From the NCBI GenBank assembly GCA_951804945.1, contig OX638159.1, forward strand, positions 41,416,001 to 41,480,000: DNA of 64,000 nt, in the 5' to 3' direction. This document shows, in pieces, positions 59,918-64,000 of the stretch (its first letter is position 1; each line of letters starts with the position of its first letter). This stretch comes from Podarcis cretensis. Its lineage: Eukaryota. The position numbers and the translations under genes are program-made. A model generated the notes under the pieces. The model was given only the letters and a program-made list of their open reading frames with translations, did no database searches and was not told the origin of the DNA.

Positions 59918-61054
59918 ATGAAAGGGAAGGGTCAGCATCTGGTAATTTTTTTCTGTGGTAACTGATGGTGTTTGCTTCTAAACTCAAATAACAATGTCAA
60001 AAGTGGAGAACCTGTTACTGCAAAAGTTAGAGTCCTAAGCAATACTCTGTAGCCCAATGTTGTTGTTTTTTCATTTTTCATTATGGCTTCCTTAAACTAG
60101 AAGGTTCTCTCCCATCCCTAACTGCAAACAAGTTCTTGCTTTCTTATGAATCCTGTCAAACTGGATACTGTTTACATTACTCTAATCCAAAGATAAGACG
60201 CAACTTACTGGGCTGGGGTTTGGGATCCCTGCCCGCTTACGTACCATGCGGAACTTGTATCAATCTTATGTTGACGCTGCTAAATGCCAGCAACATAGTG
60301 AAATTGCACACATTTGGAAGCATAGAGTTCTCAAGCTGTGTTTATGTGTGAAGAGAGACAGAGGCTGAGCAGGGGTAAGTGTTTCCCTTTATTTTATGCC
60401 TTTATATGAGGGTCTGCATCTCTGGCATCTTTCAATGTAATATAATCTCATTTGGTGCTGGAGGAGGATGATGGGTGTAAAGAACTTTTGACCAGAAACC
60501 GGTCAAGGCTACAGCTTTATTTTTCATCCTGCAGCTTAATGTACAAGCCACTTACAAAATCCAGCAACATCCAAAGCTTAGAGACAACGGAGCTGGTGTG
60601 CCTTCTAGGGTGAAATGGCACAATTTACTTCATATGGGAAAATTGAACAACTCAACCTGTTTCTTGACCTCCTGCCCCTTAAAATATATTTGACCATTTC
60701 AAAAGTCAACCAGTCAGTAAAAATGGCTGAATAATTTGGTATGAACAAATTACAGATATAGGACCAGATCCTATGGGTTTTAAGTGTGAGAGAGCTAGAC
60801 ATGTGCTTAATTTCCCAATAAAACCAATGGGGCATTGGCACCACTGATTTCAGTGAGACAACAGCGAAGCACATGCTTCACTCTCCCATTGGAACTAACA
60901 GGACTGAAGAATGCTTAGCTCTGGCTGTATTGTGTCCATTGCGTCTTTCTATTCATTTTGCTCCAATCCATTTAGGGTGAGCTGATGCAAATGTCTCTGC
61001 CCCCCAAATATTTCAGTAGGTGGCAATGATGTCTGTACCAACCATGAGAATGTA

Positions 61055-61334
61055 CTGCATTTTTCGCTCTATAAGACGCACCAGACCATAAGACGCACCT
61101 AGTTTTTAGAGGAGGAAAACAAGGAAAAAAATTCTGAATCAAATGTTGTTGAAGAGGCTTTGTGCGGCTATCCCTGAAGCCAGAACAGCAAGAGGGATTG
61201 CTGCGCAGCTCTCCCTCTTGCTGTTCTGGCTTCAGCGATAGTTGTGCAGCCTGCATTCGCTCCATAAGACGCACACACATTTCCCCTTACTTTTTAGGAG
61301 GGAAAAAGTGCGTCGTATAGAGGGAAAAATATGG
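61055..61334. mobile_element. Non-autonomous Tc1/mariner element
   Basis: TIRs CTGCATTTTTCGCTCTATAAGACGCAC / GTGCGTCGTATAGAGGGAAAAATATGG, TA TSD, internal ATAAGACGCAC repeats. Confidence 0.85.
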
Positions 61335-62371
61335 TATTTAAAATTTTAAACTGGCAGGTCCTTTCAACCCTACTTACAGCTGAATGTGTGAATGGATTCA
61401 AATAAAAAAACATTGTGTTACAGAGGTGATATCAGTTTGTTTGGGTCTTCCTGAATCACTGGGATATGCACAAACCATCGCTTGATGGTCCAGTCATCAA
61501 ATGATGAACCTGGATACATGGATTGATTGCAAGTCTCTCTTGTAGACAGGCATCATTTTTACCTTTTATTTCCATGGATAATTTATAGTCTATGAGAATG
61601 TTTATTCTGTTTTTGTTTTTATACTTTGTATGAATGTTTTTACTACTTTTGTAGTCACTTTGGGTCACTTTGTGAAAAAAGTGGCTAATAAATGTTAATA
61701 ATAAACAAAGGAATAAATAATACAATAATGTTTTTTGGCCTACCCAGAGAGCTGTGAACGTTGCTGCTGTTTTACCTCTGTCTAGAAGCATTTCTGCCCA
61801 TTATCAGCTGGTTGTATCCATTGCTTCATTTACAGACATATCTTTCAAACCCAGGCTGCAGCCAGTTTTGGAGGATCTCATTTGGCTACTGAAGCAAGAG
61901 AAAAGGGCTGACATTTCCACAAATCCCACTGTGCCTCCTTGCCATTTTCTGTACAGCCACATGGTAGAGCTATTGTGTCACTAATCACACAGTTTTCGAT
62001 ATAAATAAATACTGAAGTTCCACCCCAGAATGAAACTAGTTGAAACCCTAGCCAAATTCTGGACGTTGCCTTTTGATACAATGGAAAGAAGGTAGAGGCA
62101 AAGAGCACAGCTGATCAGCAGGAAATTGCAGTCCCCTATTCAAGTTGCTGGGTGCTTCCTATCCCCTTTCTGATACCTTGTGTCAGGTGTTTTACAGATT
62201 TGATAAAACTGCTTCCAAAATATAGTTCTAGGGATTTCTGGGGAAGCCTCCCTTCTGTGCCCTTTCACACTTTCTGAGGTGGCTGGGTAGACTGGGGGTC
62301 TTTTTAATTTTTTTAAGAGGCTGGAAGTTCCCTGCACTCATGATCAGCAAGACCACATCCTCCCCCTAAAA

Positions 62372-62507
62372 CAGTGCTTCTCAGACTTGGGTCCCCAGCT
62401 GTTGTTGGACTACAACTCCCATTGTCCTTAGCTAGGATGACAAGTGGTCAGAGCTGATAGAAACTGTAGTCCAACAACAGCTGGGAACCCAAGTTTGAGA
62501 AACATTG
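62372..62507. mobile_element. hAT MITE hairpin (same family as 15819 and 25391, more diverged)
   Basis: cagtgcttctcagacttgggtccccagctgttgttggactaca / tgtagtccaacaacagctgggaacccaagtttgagaaacattg; TSD not recognisable. Confidence 0.8.
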
Positions 62508-64000
62508 GTGCCTGTAATGACTATTCCTTTTCAAGCCATCACCAACCATGGTGGCTCCTGGAAGTTGCTTGCCAACAATGGAGGATAAATCCTGCAGCCT
62601 CACCTTACACATGTGTTGCAAGTCTGGATGCTGCTTGGTAATTATGACTACAGTTTTTCCTTCACACTCCTCCGCAGCTGCTTTGAGCTTTTTCAATAGC
62701 CATGTGTCCTACAATACCAAGGACAAATCTGTCCTCTATTTGAAGAACCATCTAGTTCAAAGATCATAGGAAGACAGAGCCTGATGGGTCTTGAATATGT
62801 CCACCGACTCTTAGCACCTTGTCAGCAGGCAGAAAGGGCACATAGGTCACCTGGCAAGATGTACTGCATTTTGTTTATAGGTTTGCATCTGTATGTATAG
62901 ATGAGCTCCTATACTGTAAATCTCTGCCATCTTTTGCTATCTGGATTTTTGTGCACCTGAGCCACTGTCATTTGCTGGGTTTTTCTTCTTGCTAGATTAT
63001 GACAGGGAGGCAGCTCCATCTCTTCTAAAGGAATCCTAGCCCATAGATTCTGACCCTCATGTGGAACACCCCCTCCCCGTGTGTTTAAAGTGGGCTTGCT
63101 TAGAATTCCTGCATACTTTGCCCAGTAAATGGAAATTAAAACCACTACCATCATTTGGCCACTAGGGACAGCTTTTGGCTTCTCTGGACTTATTGACAAA
63201 CCTGTCCAAATACTTTATTTTTCTGCCATAGTAGGCAATTTCATTTCAGCCCTGGCTCAGTTAGTTTCACCCCGGTAAGTGACTTGAATTTTGCTCTGGC
63301 AACATTAATATTAAGAAATGGATTTGTTCTTGGAACACTTTATTAATTAAGCAAAAAAGAACAGTGTGGATCATAGTTTTCATAGCAGGCTTTATGGCAG
63401 TCGAAATATTTTCAGAGTCCTCTTTAAACATGGTGCTCCAGGGCTGCATTAACTAGATGTGCATATGTGTGAAGGTGAGAGTGATGGTGGAAGTAGGCAT
63501 TATGAGAAATCATGAACTGGCAAGTGAAAATAGAACGGCACTGAGAAAAGTTCACATGCAGGGCAGTCTTCCTCAACCTGCTGTCGTCCAGATGCATCTT
63601 TCATCCCTGACAATTGGCTGTGATGGCTGGGGCTGATGTGTCTCATAGTCGAAAACCTCCAGAGGGCACCAAGTTGGGGAAGGCTGTCATAAGGTGTCCA
63701 CCTGTAAATGAAAGTCAAGAAAATTAATTTGGAGCGTTTAACACAACACTTGGGAAATTTGAAAATACACCCCCACTTTCTTTAGTGAAATATTGCCTCC
63801 TGTGGCTTCTCCAAAAAGGATATGTAGCGCTTAGAATAAAATTATAAAATGTACCGAAGGAATGGAGCCATGCTGTATCAACCCATCACAGGGGACCAAT
63901 GTAATATATTCTGGGAAATGGAAATGATATTGTCCTCATTTGCACCACCTTAGAATGCAGCATATGATGGACAGCTCCATTTTGCAGACAAAATCAGCAA

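Noticed and set aside
1-64000. CRISPR array, operon, prophage or other prokaryotic-type system
   Set aside because: The sequence is intron-containing vertebrate DNA, with no regularly spaced repeat-spacer array and no dense long ORFs.
34197-64000. PDE4D coding exons
   Set aside because: No UCR1, UCR2 or catalytic-domain peptide and no known N-terminal PDE4D peptide was recognisable; these are expected far downstream of the window.

Overview
Vertebrate nuclear DNA, most likely from a squamate reptile (probably a lacertid lizard, inferred from Sauria SINEs, MIR-derived Squam3-like SINEs, Bov-B/RTE, CR1 and L2). The only protein-coding content I can support is the last four coding exons of DEPDC1B on the + strand (5042-5208, 6234-6410, 9606-9791, 13095-13256). 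All four have canonical AG/GT boundaries, join in frame and end in ...FQRTRSLRM*; the likely poly(A) signal is near 14293. The rest is intergenic or intronic and rich in transposons, many with readable target-site duplications (TSDs) and several nested inside one another. At about 34.0-34.2 kb, a TE-free block ending in a GTGAGT donor resembles, from memory, the non-coding first exon of human PDE4D7. That fits the known DEPDC1B-PDE4D gene order and would make the remaining 30 kb PDE4D intron. The best leads are: (1) this candidate PDE4D promoter/exon, with strong acceptors just upstream; (2) a frame-preserving 63-nt candidate cassette exon where the paralogue DEPDC1A has its alternative exon; (3) CR1-tailed SINEs with two different tRNA heads; (4) two ~790-bp hAT-type elements carrying GC-rich cargo; (5) a sense-oriented solo LTR with poly(A) signals inside a DEPDC1B intron. 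I found no prokaryotic-type system, CRISPR array or intact novel gene. Nearly all ORFs in the supplied track are spurious or TE-derived.
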